Source: the human T2T-CHM13v2.0 reference genome, Homo sapiens
Direction: 5' to 3' (one strand)
NCBI RefSeq assembly: GCF_009914755.1
Contig: NC_060926.1
DNA: 64,000 nt
Notes under the pieces: model-generated
The model's database searches: none
The model's input: only the letters and a program-made list of their open reading frames with translations
Told to the model about the DNA's origin: nothing
Made by a program: the position numbers and the translations under genes
Part shown: in pieces, positions 12,398 through 23,479 of the stretch
Numbering within the stretch: position 1 is the first letter of the stretch
Layout: each line of letters begins with the position of its first letter

Positions 12398-13966
12398 TCA
12401 CACCTCGCATTCCCTCGCGGGCTGCTGGTGGCAGGTACACGAGCCATACTCGTTGATGATCACCAGGGCTCCCTCAATGTGGTTCGGTTTGTAATCAACG
12501 TAGTATTCCTGGGCAGACATGGCAGCCATCTGATGCATGGTCTGTTTCTGCTTTTGCTTCCTGCGCTGCGTGACAAAGCACTGTCTGAGCTGCCTGAGGC
12601 TGGCTGGGAAACACTTCCAGGACACGTAGAGCACCAGGACCACGATGAGGAAGGAGAAGATGAGGGCCATGGTGCCCGTGACCACCTTGTGGATCTGCAC
12701 GGCGTTCTCGGCGTGCTCGCCGCCTGGAAGAGCCACGGTGGCAGGCTCGAATGTGCCGTCGTGCTGCCCCTCCCCGCCGTCCGCGAGCGTGGTGGCCGAG
12801 CTGGCAGGGGGCCCCAGATCACTGCGGTTGGTGACGGCCGAGAGCAGGTGGCCGCTGGTGGGCTCGGCCCCATCCTCGCACAGGTGGAAGGCGTACACGG
12901 CGTCCAGGACGTCCTCGCCCTGTGCGTACTCCGGGCTGGCGCACTGCAAGTTGCCATCGTAGCGCCCCTGGAAGTTGTTGAGCCACGAGGCTAGGGCACA
13001 CACGTTGCGCCCGCAATCCCACAGGTTCCCGGCCAGGGTGATGCTTGTCAGGGACTTCCAAGAGTTGAGGATCCGGGGCTCGATGTAGGTGAGGCGGTTG
13101 GAGTCCAGCTGCAGGGACTGCAGGTGCGGCACGGTCTCGAACACATGGGGCTCCATGTACTCGATCTCGTTGCCCGACAAGTCCATTTTCTCCAGGTTCC
13201 AAACCCAGTCCAGCGAGCTGACCACAATGGCCACCTTGTTCCTCCGCAGGCAGAGCGAGTGCAGGGAGATGAGGCGCGGGAAGTGGGCGAAGTTCACCTT
13301 GACCAAGTCGTTGTGCTCGAGGTGCAGCTCGGTGAGCTTAAACAAGCCGGCGAAAGAGTTGCGCGCCAGACTCTTGAGCTGATTGTATCCGATGTCGAGA
13401 AACTTGAGGCTGCGGCAGTCCTGGAAGATGCGCACGGGCACAAACTGGATGGCGTTGGCCCGCATATGCAGCGTGGTGAGCTTCCGCAGCCCGTGGAAGA
13501 GGTCGGGCGCGAGCGCCTGCAGCTTGTTGTACGAGAGGTCCACGCTGCGCAGGTTGGGCATGGGCCGGAAGGTGGTGTTGGGCAGTTGGGTGATCTGGTT
13601 GGAACTCAGCGTGAGTTCCTTAACTCGGCGCAGTTTCTGAAAGGCGTCCCCCTGCACGGAGCAGATGTGATTGTGATCCAGATAGAGCCACGTGAGCTGC
13701 ATTAACCCCGTGAACTGGCCGGCGCGCAGCTCCGAGAGGCTGTTGTAGCGCAGGGACAAGCCCAGCAGGCCGGACAGGTTGTGGGGCGCCTCGGTGAGGT
13801 TGAGCGCCTCGCAGTACAGCAGCCGCCCCTCGCACCGGCACAGCTGCGGGCACCCGCTGGGGGCGGCGGGCAGCATCTGAAAGCAGGCCCCCAGCAGACA
13901 CAAGACCACCCCCGAGGGCCTCCTCAGCAGCCAGTATAGACAGAGACCGAGCAGCAGGAAATCCAT
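12398..13966 (-). CDS. LRRTM1: Leucine-rich repeat transmembrane neuronal protein 1 (522 aa, single coding exon)
   Basis: [17 protein letters not shown]...QQPARECEV has a signal peptide, LRRNT (CPQLCRC), about 10 LRRs (LxxLxLxxN), LRRCT ([10 protein letters not shown]), a TM helix ([23 protein letters not shown]) and the C-terminal ECEV PDZ-binding motif of LRRTMs. Recognised as human LRRTM1. Confidence 0.99.
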   Translation of the reverse strand: MDFLLLGLCLYWLLRRPSGVVLCLLGACFQMLPAAPSGCPQLCRCEGRLLYCEALNLTEAPHNLSGLLGLSLRYNSLSELRAGQFTGLMQLTWLYLDHNHICSVQGDAFQKLRRVKELTLSSNQITQLPNTTFRPMPNLRSVDLSYNKLQALAPDLFHGLRKLTTLHMRANAIQFVPVRIFQDCRSLKFLDIGYNQLKSLARNSFAGLFKLTELHLEHNDLVKVNFAHFPRLISLHSLCLRRNKVAIVVSSLDWVWNLEKMDLSGNEIEYMEPHVFETVPHLQSLQLDSNRLTYIEPRILNSWKSLTSITLAGNLWDCGRNVCALASWLNNFQGRYDGNLQCASPEYAQGEDVLDAVYAFHLCEDGAEPTSGHLLSAVTNRSDLGPPASSATTLADGGEGQHDGTFEPATVALPGGEHAENAVQIHKVVTGTMALIFSFLIVVLVLYVSWKCFPASLRQLRQCFVTQRRKQKQKQTMHQMAAMSAQEYYVDYKPNHIEGALVIINEYGSCTCHQQPARECEV

Positions 13967-14325
13967 TAGCGAGAATCTTTCCAGAGAGACTGGAGAATGT
14001 CCATTGGAAGCGCTCGGTCAGAAATCTACATCATATTTTATTCCGAGGGAGGGGAAGCGGGGGAGGGGGAGAAAAGGGCAAAAAATCAAATAAATACATA
14101 GAAATAAAGAAGGACCCCCCTCCCCAAAAACCACACGTTCACCTCTAAGCATGCAGAAAGCTGGGCAGCATAGAAAGTTCACAGCCACGGAAAGATCAAA
14201 GAGATGGTGATTTGGTCCATGTTAGATGCTGCAGCAAAGAAAAGGGAGGAAAAAAAAAATCTTCGGGAAAGAATTTAATTAAAAAGTGTCTTACCCACCC
14301 TTTTCCAGAGAGTGACAACCTCCAT
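13966..14325 (-). other. Upstream ORF in the LRRTM1 leader (spliced; MEVVTLWKR|[19 protein letters not shown]), with its stop overlapping the main ATG (TAATG)
   Basis: ATG at 14325-14323 (exon 1) and an in-frame ATG at 14004-14002 (exon 2). The TAA at 13968-13966 shares its last A with the LRRTM1 ATG at 13966-13964. The 28-aa form needs the donor after 14299. Confidence 0.6.
14026..14298 (-). other. LRRTM1: LRRTM1 5'-UTR intron (about 270 bp)
   Basis: On the - strand the acceptor is ...atgatgtAG|ATTTCTG (AG at 14027-14026), with pyrimidine tracts at 14045-14110. The donor region AAAGG|GTGG|GTAAG offers GT at 14298-14297 or at 14294-14293. Confidence 0.75.
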
Positions 14326-14520
14326 TCAGCTGCTCCCTTTGTGTGCAGGCTAATTATATGCAGGGCGAGAGAAGACCCCTCTGTGTTTCCGAGGCAGCCC
14401 CGGTCCGCGGCCGGCGGATCTGGCAGGCGCACAATGTCTCACTTTGCTGCTCGGCTCGGGGCTGCAAGGGCGGCCGGCAAGGCGGGGAGGCGACTTCTAG
14501 GACCCGCAAGTTTCCCAACT
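14299..14520 (-). other. LRRTM1: LRRTM1 non-coding exon 1 (5' end approximate)
   Basis: Lies between the splice donor and the GC-rich promoter. The TSS cannot be fixed from sequence. Confidence 0.6.
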
Positions 14521-14757
14521 ACGTGCCGGAGCCCGAGCTTCGCCTTCCTGCCGCCTTCCTTTCCCTCTGCAGTTCGGACTGTGACGTTGTGGGGGGAAAA
14601 AACTCCAAACTCGGGGCTCGCGACTCCCCAGGATCTGACAGTCTGGTTAATGTCCGTCATTGGAAACGACCACTGACCGGCGCCACCTTTTACTCCGCGG
14701 AAACAGCCTGCCATTCGCGCCCCGGGCAGCTGCAGAGAGCGGGCTCACTCATGCTTT

Positions 14758-14791
14758 GCGGGCGGCGGGCGGCGGGCGGCGGGCGGTGGGG
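14758..14791 (+). promoter_or_regulatory. (GCGGGCG)x4 GC-box array; Sp/KLF/EGR sites, G-quadruplex-capable
   Basis: gcgggcggcgggcggcgggcggcgggcggtgggg contains repeated GGGCGG motifs and five GGG runs. Confidence 0.65.
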
Positions 14792-15249
14792 AGGTGCGGA
14801 CGGCGGCGCGGGGAGCGGCGAGCGGCGCCCGGGCTCCTTCCCTCCACCAGGCAGTGTGCGGCGCGAGCTTGCACAGGCACCTACTGCTCACTGAGTGTCG
14901 TAAGCTGCTCACGATTGTGCGTCTTCCCCGAGCACCTCAGACATGGGCAGATTGAAAAGGGGTGGGCATAAAACCAACATTTTACCGAACCACTAAAGTA
15001 ATATATGTTTTTTGATGAAACGGAAAACACTTTCAGCTTTTTTGTCCATATTTCAAAAAAAAAAAAAAAAAAAAAAAGGAGGGGGGAGGGAGGTGGAGGT
15101 AGGGGTAGCATCATCCACGACAAGATATTTCCAAGTGGGAAACTGAAATGTTCTGTGCTCTCCCCCTTGCCTTTTGGGGATATATTCTTTTCCCCTTTAA
15201 AACTGTCTACGTGTAAGAGATACGTAGGAATCTGTAGAGAAATCAACGT

Positions 15250-15470
15250 TTGGACCTTTGCTTTAGAAAAGCAACTTGAGAGAAGACACAGGAAGGCAAT
15301 GATTTGGGGCTTGGCTAAGATTTTTGGGGTTTTTTCCCCCTCTTGCGGGTACTGGAATTCTGCAGTCAGCCAGCCCTTTTTTGAGGTGGAGAGGGGAAAT
15401 GCTTTCCAAACCCACCTAGTTTGGGAAGCCATCCAAGTCCCGGTGGTGTGAGATCCAGTGTGGCAAAAAG
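15250..15470 (+). other. CTNNA2: Candidate alternative first exon of CTNNA2 (divergent from LRRTM1); 5' end uncertain
   Basis: Strong donor AAG|GTATGT at 15470/15471 just past the CpG island, and a second donor GTC|GTAAGC at 14899/14900. N-terminally truncated CTNNA2 isoforms are known to start from this bidirectional promoter, but the assignment of these particular donors is inferred. Confidence 0.5.
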
Positions 15471-16507
15471 GTATGTCTGTGTGCAGGGAGACTTGACTGA
15501 GATCCCTCCGGGGCTTCATCAGGCTCCACAGATACATATGGGGTACAGAGTGGATTAAAGAACGATTGTACTGTCTGACATGGGGAGGGCTTACCCTGAC
15601 TTGTGCTGTTCATGGTGATTACTGGGCCCTGCAGTGCACCCCACTCCAAGAGAGTGTGAATGTGTAGGGACGTGATAGTTTAAGCCATAATGAAGCCTAC
15701 CCGTCTCCATACACACATCCTAATTAATCTTTGAGACTGCACTAAGTTGTGCCACTTTTTCCTCTGAGTATGACGAGAAGCCTTTGCCTCATTATTTCTA
15801 TTCATAATCATTTATAGATAGGAGTCCTTACAATGAGCTCTCCCCCCACCTCCCCACACACACACCTTGTGCCTACTGGTCTGTAGAGGGTCTGCCCTGG
15901 GGAGGGTCAGTTGGTCATCTGTTTAAACAAAGTCCTCCAAGATGGCTGAGAAAGCCTGCGGGAAGTGAGTGTGGGCAAGCCTTCCTTCTTGACAAAGATG
16001 CCCAGGGAGATGGTAGGGAGAGTCAAATGTGAGTCTCCAGCTCCACTGTTTGAATTCCCATCGTTTCTGCCTCTAAGGAAGTCAAAATCAGTAGGCATTA
16101 TATGTAGTGGCACTTACTTTGATAGGAATGAGGGTGGATTACCAGAGCCAGGGTAGATAGACTGGACAAGTAACTGGATTGGTCCTTAGCATCTAAGCTG
16201 AAGAGGCCAACCAATGGAATCAAAGTCACCAAAGACTGGTGGTACTTTTCAGGAAAAGTCATATGAACAGGGGCATGAATCATTCCATTTTGTATTCATC
16301 TGAGCTCTGCCCTGGTCATTCATCTCTGAGATGTATCATTTAATTGGAAGGAACACAAATCTGAAATGTCCTAGACATCACATGCTGTCTTAGGAGTTAG
16401 AAGAGACATTAGAAAATCAACCCCCTTAATTTTGCACGTGACTAAACTGAGGCCAAGAGACATCATGGTTTATCCAAGGTCATACAGCTTGCAACTGGCA
16501 CAGATGG

Positions 16508-16549
16508 TTTTTTCTTTCTTTCTTTCTTTTCTTTTCTTTTCTTTTCTTT

Positions 16550-16592
<43 letters not shown>

Positions 16593-16614
16593 CTCTCTCT
16601 CTTTCTTTCTTTCT
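16508..16614. repeat. (TTTC)n / (CT)n compound microsatellite
   Basis: Pure pyrimidine tract of about 105 bp. Confidence 0.95.
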
Positions 16615-18680
16615 TAATTTGCCATTCTTGATGATTGCCTCTCTGTCACTCTTGCTGCCTACCTAACTCTGGATCAGGCATTTGCATGTTTCATCCTGGC
16701 ACCTCCAAGGTGCTGCGGAACACTTTAACAGACAGACAAACAAATTCACCATCAAGTGGTTTCACCTCTTGCCAAGACAATTATTCGTGACAGCAGGCCA
16801 GCTGATGGAGCCATAAACTCTAAAGGGTTGGGAGGTGGGGGAGGGGTGTTGAGGAGGCACCCGCAGGGTTAAACAGCGGCCAGCCATTCAGCGAGTACTG
16901 TGAGTACACACCACCCAATCCCTAGGGTTGCTAGGAAAAAAAAAAATCCTCCTAATGCTGGCTGCTTGGCAAAGTGGTGACAGAGGCTGCCAAATGGGCA
17001 AGAAGAGGTCCCACTTTGGATGTCACTTGATTTGTAGAGCTGGTGCAGAGAGGCAGAAGAGTTGAGTGTTGGCAAGAAAGAAAGGGAATAAAATTAAATT
17101 CACTGATTTATATGTGAGTTTTCTTCTAAGTGTGCTACTCAAAACTTACAAGATGCTCCTAGGCTGTAATTAAAATAAATAAATTATATATATATATTAT
17201 ATATAAATATATATTTTCTATATATTGCTTTTTGCATTATTATCCTGCAAATCATTTCATCTATATGGTATCTTTAAGCCTTTCCCACCTCTAATGTGGC
17301 AAGTTTGCATCTTTTCTACAGTTTTAAACCCCTTGGCAGAACCGTATACATTAACAGATTGAAATGAGCTTTATTGAAATTTAGCTATTCTAAGTCATCT
17401 AAGTTGCAGAATCCCAATTTATTATGTATTTAAAGCATACCAGCACTGATTAAATCAATGCAAATTAGGTTAAATAAGAACAACATGAATCGAGTGTTTC
17501 AGCAAAGTTGAATCGAGAAACGACAACTTTTGAGTCACCACAGCAAGTCGATATGGCTGTTTTTCATGAGTTTTAATTTCATGCCTGTAAGTGTCCAATG
17601 AACTAAAAAAGGAAAAAAAGAAAAAAAAAGCTCACCTGAAGTTTTTTTTCTTTCCTCCTGCTTATTCTCTCATATGTCTGTACCTGTCTTTTGAAAATAT
17701 CTGATTCACCAGGTTACAATGTAGCTATTGCATGTACTGGATCAATCTCTTCTTCCCGGGTGACCATAGATTTCTGTTGGCAAACTTCTTCTTCAAATGT
17801 TGTATATTGGATAAGAGATGCTTTATATGCTTTGAAAATACCCTTGACATTTTCCATGTTTGTCAGGGGAAGGAACCTGAGCTCATCTAGCTGAACCGCT
17901 ATAGCTGCAAGTCTAGTACTAATAGTTGGGCATCAAGAATACCATCCCAAGCCATCATGCCAACATGTGATTGGGCACTGAGGCCAGACCTCCAGTTTGG
18001 GGTAAGAAATGATAAGAATCTTGAAAATATGGATTCAGCAAATGGGAAGGAAGTCTGGGTTATATGAGTTATGAATCTGATGGCCAAACATAATCTGGAA
18101 CTAAGGGGAGGTAGAAGAGAGAAGCTCATGGAGCAAATTCGTTGTAGTTAGAGAGGCCAGAAGTATAGCTTGACGGAGGGAAGAGTCGATTAATTCCTTC
18201 TCTCTTCAACCTTGTAAATTAGCCTTTGCCTAATGAGCCCTCCTGTTTTTCGTGGTACTCTATGTTGTGAAGTGGAGTGGGGGAGTAACATACAATTTTT
18301 TTTTTGGTATGTCATTACTTCTGTTTTATCTCAACACTTCCAATTTGTTCATTTTAGTCAAAATAATTTGTGAACACAGAGGTGCAAGTGCAGAAAGTCT
18401 GAAATGAATCTGCATTCTGGGGATTGGCTTTCCATTAGCAATCTTTGTCAATGGTCAAGGAAGGAAATTTGAGTGATTATTTTAATGTTCTGTCATCGCT
18501 AGCACCAGCCTGGACCTTGATCTTTATGCTGTTGTCTTTAATTTTCAGTGGCAGCGAACCATGGCTTTTCTTTAAAAGGAAACCTTTAGAAGAATTGGCG
18601 GAGAGTGGGAGTCACAATTTCAAAAAGAGAGAATTAACTTTGTTGTTTCTGTGGGCACATACCATACAGCTGGCATTTTA

Positions 18681-19289
<609 letters not shown>

Positions 19290-19771
19290 TCATGAGGCCT
19301 GTCCTCCCTCTCCACAGGTTTTCTCTATACTGGTGTAGAGAACATACTGGTGCTCTGATTATGCCATGTTATGCTTACCTATGTTTTTATATTCTCTCCA
19401 TCTTTGCTTACCTTCATTTTAACTATCCTTCAAGGTTGATGGCAAATCTCCTCTATGATTTCTTAACTGACTCCGAGGCCCCTGCCCTCTATAAAGCAAT
19501 CCCTTTTTCTTCTTCTGAACTCCATTAGCAGCTTACTTTTATCAATCTTGTGGTCCTGTTCACTTTATATGAGTGTGGCAATAATTTCTAATGATAGTAT
19601 TTTAAAACTGAAAGGGACATTAAACATCTTGGAGATAAAGAATAAAAAGACCTTGTTGGGATTTCTGCTTTGCCACTTTTTAATCGGTATAACCCTATAC
19701 AAGTCACTTCTTGGTCAGTGAAATAGGGCTAAGGATGGCTATCTCAGAGGATACTTGGGGTAATTAAATGA

Positions 19772-20023
<252 letters not shown>

Positions 20024-20079
20024 TAAATAGAGAAACACAGAAGTCACAAAGATTAAATGAACAAACTCTAATAGAGTTT

Positions 20080-20220
20080 GGCCACTCAAAAGTGTAGGCC
20101 TGAGACCACAAACCTTGGAGCTTATTAGAAATGTAGATTCTCAGGCCTCTCCCCAGACCCATGGAATCAAATCTGCATTTAACCATTAGCCCCAGGTAAT
20201 TAAATTTTGAGATGCATTAT
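20080..20220. mobile_element. MER5A fragment
   Basis: gagcttattagaaatgtagattctcaggcctctccccagacc...ccccaggtaatt. Confidence 0.7.
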
Positions 20221-20864
20221 TGGAACATTCACAAATTTTAACCTGAAATAAAAACCCAGATATCATTGATTCCCTAGTTTTGTAATTGAGAAGCTAAAGG
20301 GACAGAAATGTTAAGTGATTGCCCACCCTTGCTAGTGGAATTGGGTCCAAAAAAATAAAACTTTCTGAATAATGTGTTTTCTCTCCTATTAGATTTTAAA
20401 CACTTAGAATGGAAAGTCTATGTGTACCACAGGCCTGAGCACTTAGCAGGGCTCTTAAAGTTTGATTTTGTAATTGGTACAGCAGGCAGTGTAGAGCCTT
20501 CATAGGTGCTAGCTTTAGGTATCTTTCAGCTGGTTTATTCCCATATTATCCTAGGAGATAATGGTATTCTGACATCTGGCATAAGACTTTGATTGCAGTC
20601 TTCCAAGGCAGGCAGAGTTGCATGGTAATTGATCCCATGGGGCAGCCCAACATGTTGCCCCTTCACACATACAATTTTGGAAGAGTCAAGACAGCAGGGA
20701 CAAGTGAGGGGAGGTAAGTTGGAGGTGCATTAGGGTTGTCTTTCTGGGAAAAGCTTTGATGTTAACAGAGTTTGCTTACATTACTCCTCAGTTTTCTTAT
20801 CACTGCCAATCTGCTACTATGGCATGTGTGTATTTCTCATGAATACTTTATTATAAAAAATGTA

Positions 20865-21176
<312 letters not shown>

Positions 21177-22211
21177 TCACCTAAAATTCAATCACCAGAG
21201 ATGAACTATTAAGTTTTGGGTATACATTCTTTCAGAATTTGTCTGCTCTTATTTATTAATTAGGTTGTTTCTGGTTTTTAGTCATTATAAAATTTACTGT
21301 GATTAATATCCTTATACCTTTGAATATATGGGCGCCCATGCCTTTAAATGTTTATTCTAGAAGTGGAATTGGTGTTCAAAGGATGAGGATTTTAAAAAAA
21401 CTATTAATACATAATGCCAAATTGTCATCCTGAAAGATTTCACACTTTTCATCCTCAATAGTTGCTTTGCTGCTTTCTCTTTGCCTTGAGAAACCCCCAT
21501 GATACCATAAATTAAAACATGTTTTGGGGCCCCTCTCCTTCATCTGGCTGGGGCCCCGACCTGTATTTCTGTCTGCCTTTGTTTATTATGCCTTGGAATC
21601 ATTCTTCCTCTTCACACCCATTTCCTCATTCCATCCTATGAAGGCAATTCCCACTTCAGAAAGAGGGCTGGCTTGGGGCCTTCAAGATTCCTTCTGGGAG
21701 TTTACGTGGACTTAATTCCTGCATCTTATTAAGTAGCTGGCCAGCCAAATTATTTTCACAAAGCCATTAATATCTGAAAATGGATTAATCCAGCATTACT
21801 TAAAATGCTCTACGAGGGTAAAAGTATTTAAATGCATTTGTGAAATGCACAAGGCTTTGTTCTGTTGTTCCTGTTTCACTCTCATAAGAAATCTCAGTCT
21901 CACAATCTCAGTTGTAAGAAATCTTGTTTTTCATGGTTTCAGCCATTTATTTGGGATTTCTATTAACACTAAACCAGAACAGTTTTGAAAACTTATTTAA
22001 TTGCAGTTTATATTGCATTTGACTTTAAACTGGCTATCACTTTACCAAGACATTCCAAGGTTCAGATTTCAAGCATTATAGAAGAATGCTGGTGCAGGAA
22101 CCTGTTTTATGTCATAATTTTATCAATTATGGGGGATACCTAGACAACTACAGTTCTTCTACTTGCTATTAGCAAATTTCACCTTCTCATCCTAGCCATA
22201 AATAAAGGAAC

Positions 22212-22802
22212 TGTTAGAAATGCTTGTTCCTCATTGCCACAAAGAAATAGCATTCGAACATAAATTTGATTCTCTCAGCAAGGCAGTTTTTACTTTCTTC
22301 AGAAAGGGTGCTCATCGCAGATGGAACAATGGCCAGAGCACACCTGGACAGAGGAGGGGCAGGAGTTCTTACTCCTTACGCAGGTAGCCCCTACTGCTGT
22401 GTGGTTCCCCTATTGGCTAGGGTTGGACCGCACAGTCTAAGCTAATTCTGATGGGCTATTTAAAGAGGGCGGGGGTATGAGCCAGAGTAGCGGGGTGAGT
22501 AGTTGGTGGGGACAACGGTTAGAAACAGGTAACTAAAAGTGACTTAGGTCAGAGCAGGTGACCAAGGGTGACTCAGGTCAAAGCAGGTGACCAGAATGAG
22601 TCAGGACAGAGCAGATGACCAGGGGAACAGATGTGAACTACTGATTAGGACTAGTGGGAAAGTTGTTTACTGAAACTAGAAGCAAGTGGGCAAAGAGAAC
22701 CAGGAAGTTAAACTTTAAAATGGAGAATCAAAGAATAAGAGAGCTGAACCTACTGACGTACTGATTTTGTGAAGAGAAACTTGGGGTTCAATATATTTAA
22801 CA
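22212..22802 (-). mobile_element. Solo ERV1 LTR, LTR10 family (LTR10C-like), 591 bp, intact ends
   Basis: TGTTA...TAACA termini and a 4-bp TSD GAAC (22208-22211 and 22803-22806). The - strand start tgttaaatatattgaaccccaagtttctcttc...gtcagtaggttcagctctcttattctttgattctccattttaaagtttaacttcctgg is LTR10-like. Internal imperfect repeats carry AP-1 sites. Confidence 0.85.
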
Positions 22803-23479
22803 GAACCAATTTAATTCTATAGTAAGTTCTGTCTGCTCTGTCTCTGATATTCCTTGACACTTAATTATCTTGTTTTATAGAATTTTACAGATGTTGGAAA
22901 TTTTGTCCTCACAGATAAAATGAAACTCTCTAAGAACAGACATATTACTTTCTCTGTGTTTTAGACCTTCTAATATCTACCTTTAAAGGGAGAAGAAGAT
23001 CAGATGTGAGAGACCAGATATAGAGACATGAGAATTGCCACATAGCACTAGTAAATATGTTTTCTCTTCTCTTAGTGCAGTCTGCGTAGTTCTGGGTTTG
23101 TAAACACTCTCATTGAATTGAGTTTATTAACTAGTTTGAATGCTTGCCTAATCAATAGCCTGTGGAATCTAAATTAAATATAAAAACCTCTATATTACAT
23201 TGACATATAGACACAAGCCATTAGCCCAGCAAAGCCAAAACTCTTGAGTTGAAGTCACACAGATTAATGCCTTTATGTGTGGCCTCCTGTTGCAGATCTA
23301 TTAGTTGTAGGAAATCCCTCACCATCCATAAGCAACAGGTCTTCAGTGGTAAACTAACCTGCCTAGTTAGATGCATTTATCTCTTCATTCAAGCTGTCTC
23401 ACTCCTCAATCTCTGACAAGAATCTTGAAAATGCCTTTCTAATTATTTAACATACGTGTTTGCTGCTATTCTTGTTTTT

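Larger units (their letters stand above)
12330..14950. promoter_or_regulatory. CpG island covering the LRRTM1 coding exon and the bidirectional LRRTM1/CTNNA2 promoter
   Basis: High GC and dense CpG at 12330-13950 and 14390-14930, against AT-rich, CpG-depleted flanks. Confidence 0.9.

Noticed and set aside
12252-13901. Several 60-190 aa ORFs overlapping LRRTM1 on both strands
   Set aside because: Expected shadow ORFs of a GC-rich, stop-poor coding exon, with no recognisable domains.
14196-15649. ORFs of 78-218 aa across the promoter
   Set aside because: Low-complexity translations of CpG-island, poly(A) and poly(T) sequence. Several start at non-ATG codons.
22525-22625. Spaced short repeats reminiscent of a CRISPR array or VNTR
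   Set aside because: Internal repeats of an ERV LTR in human DNA, with no unique spacers and no cas genes.
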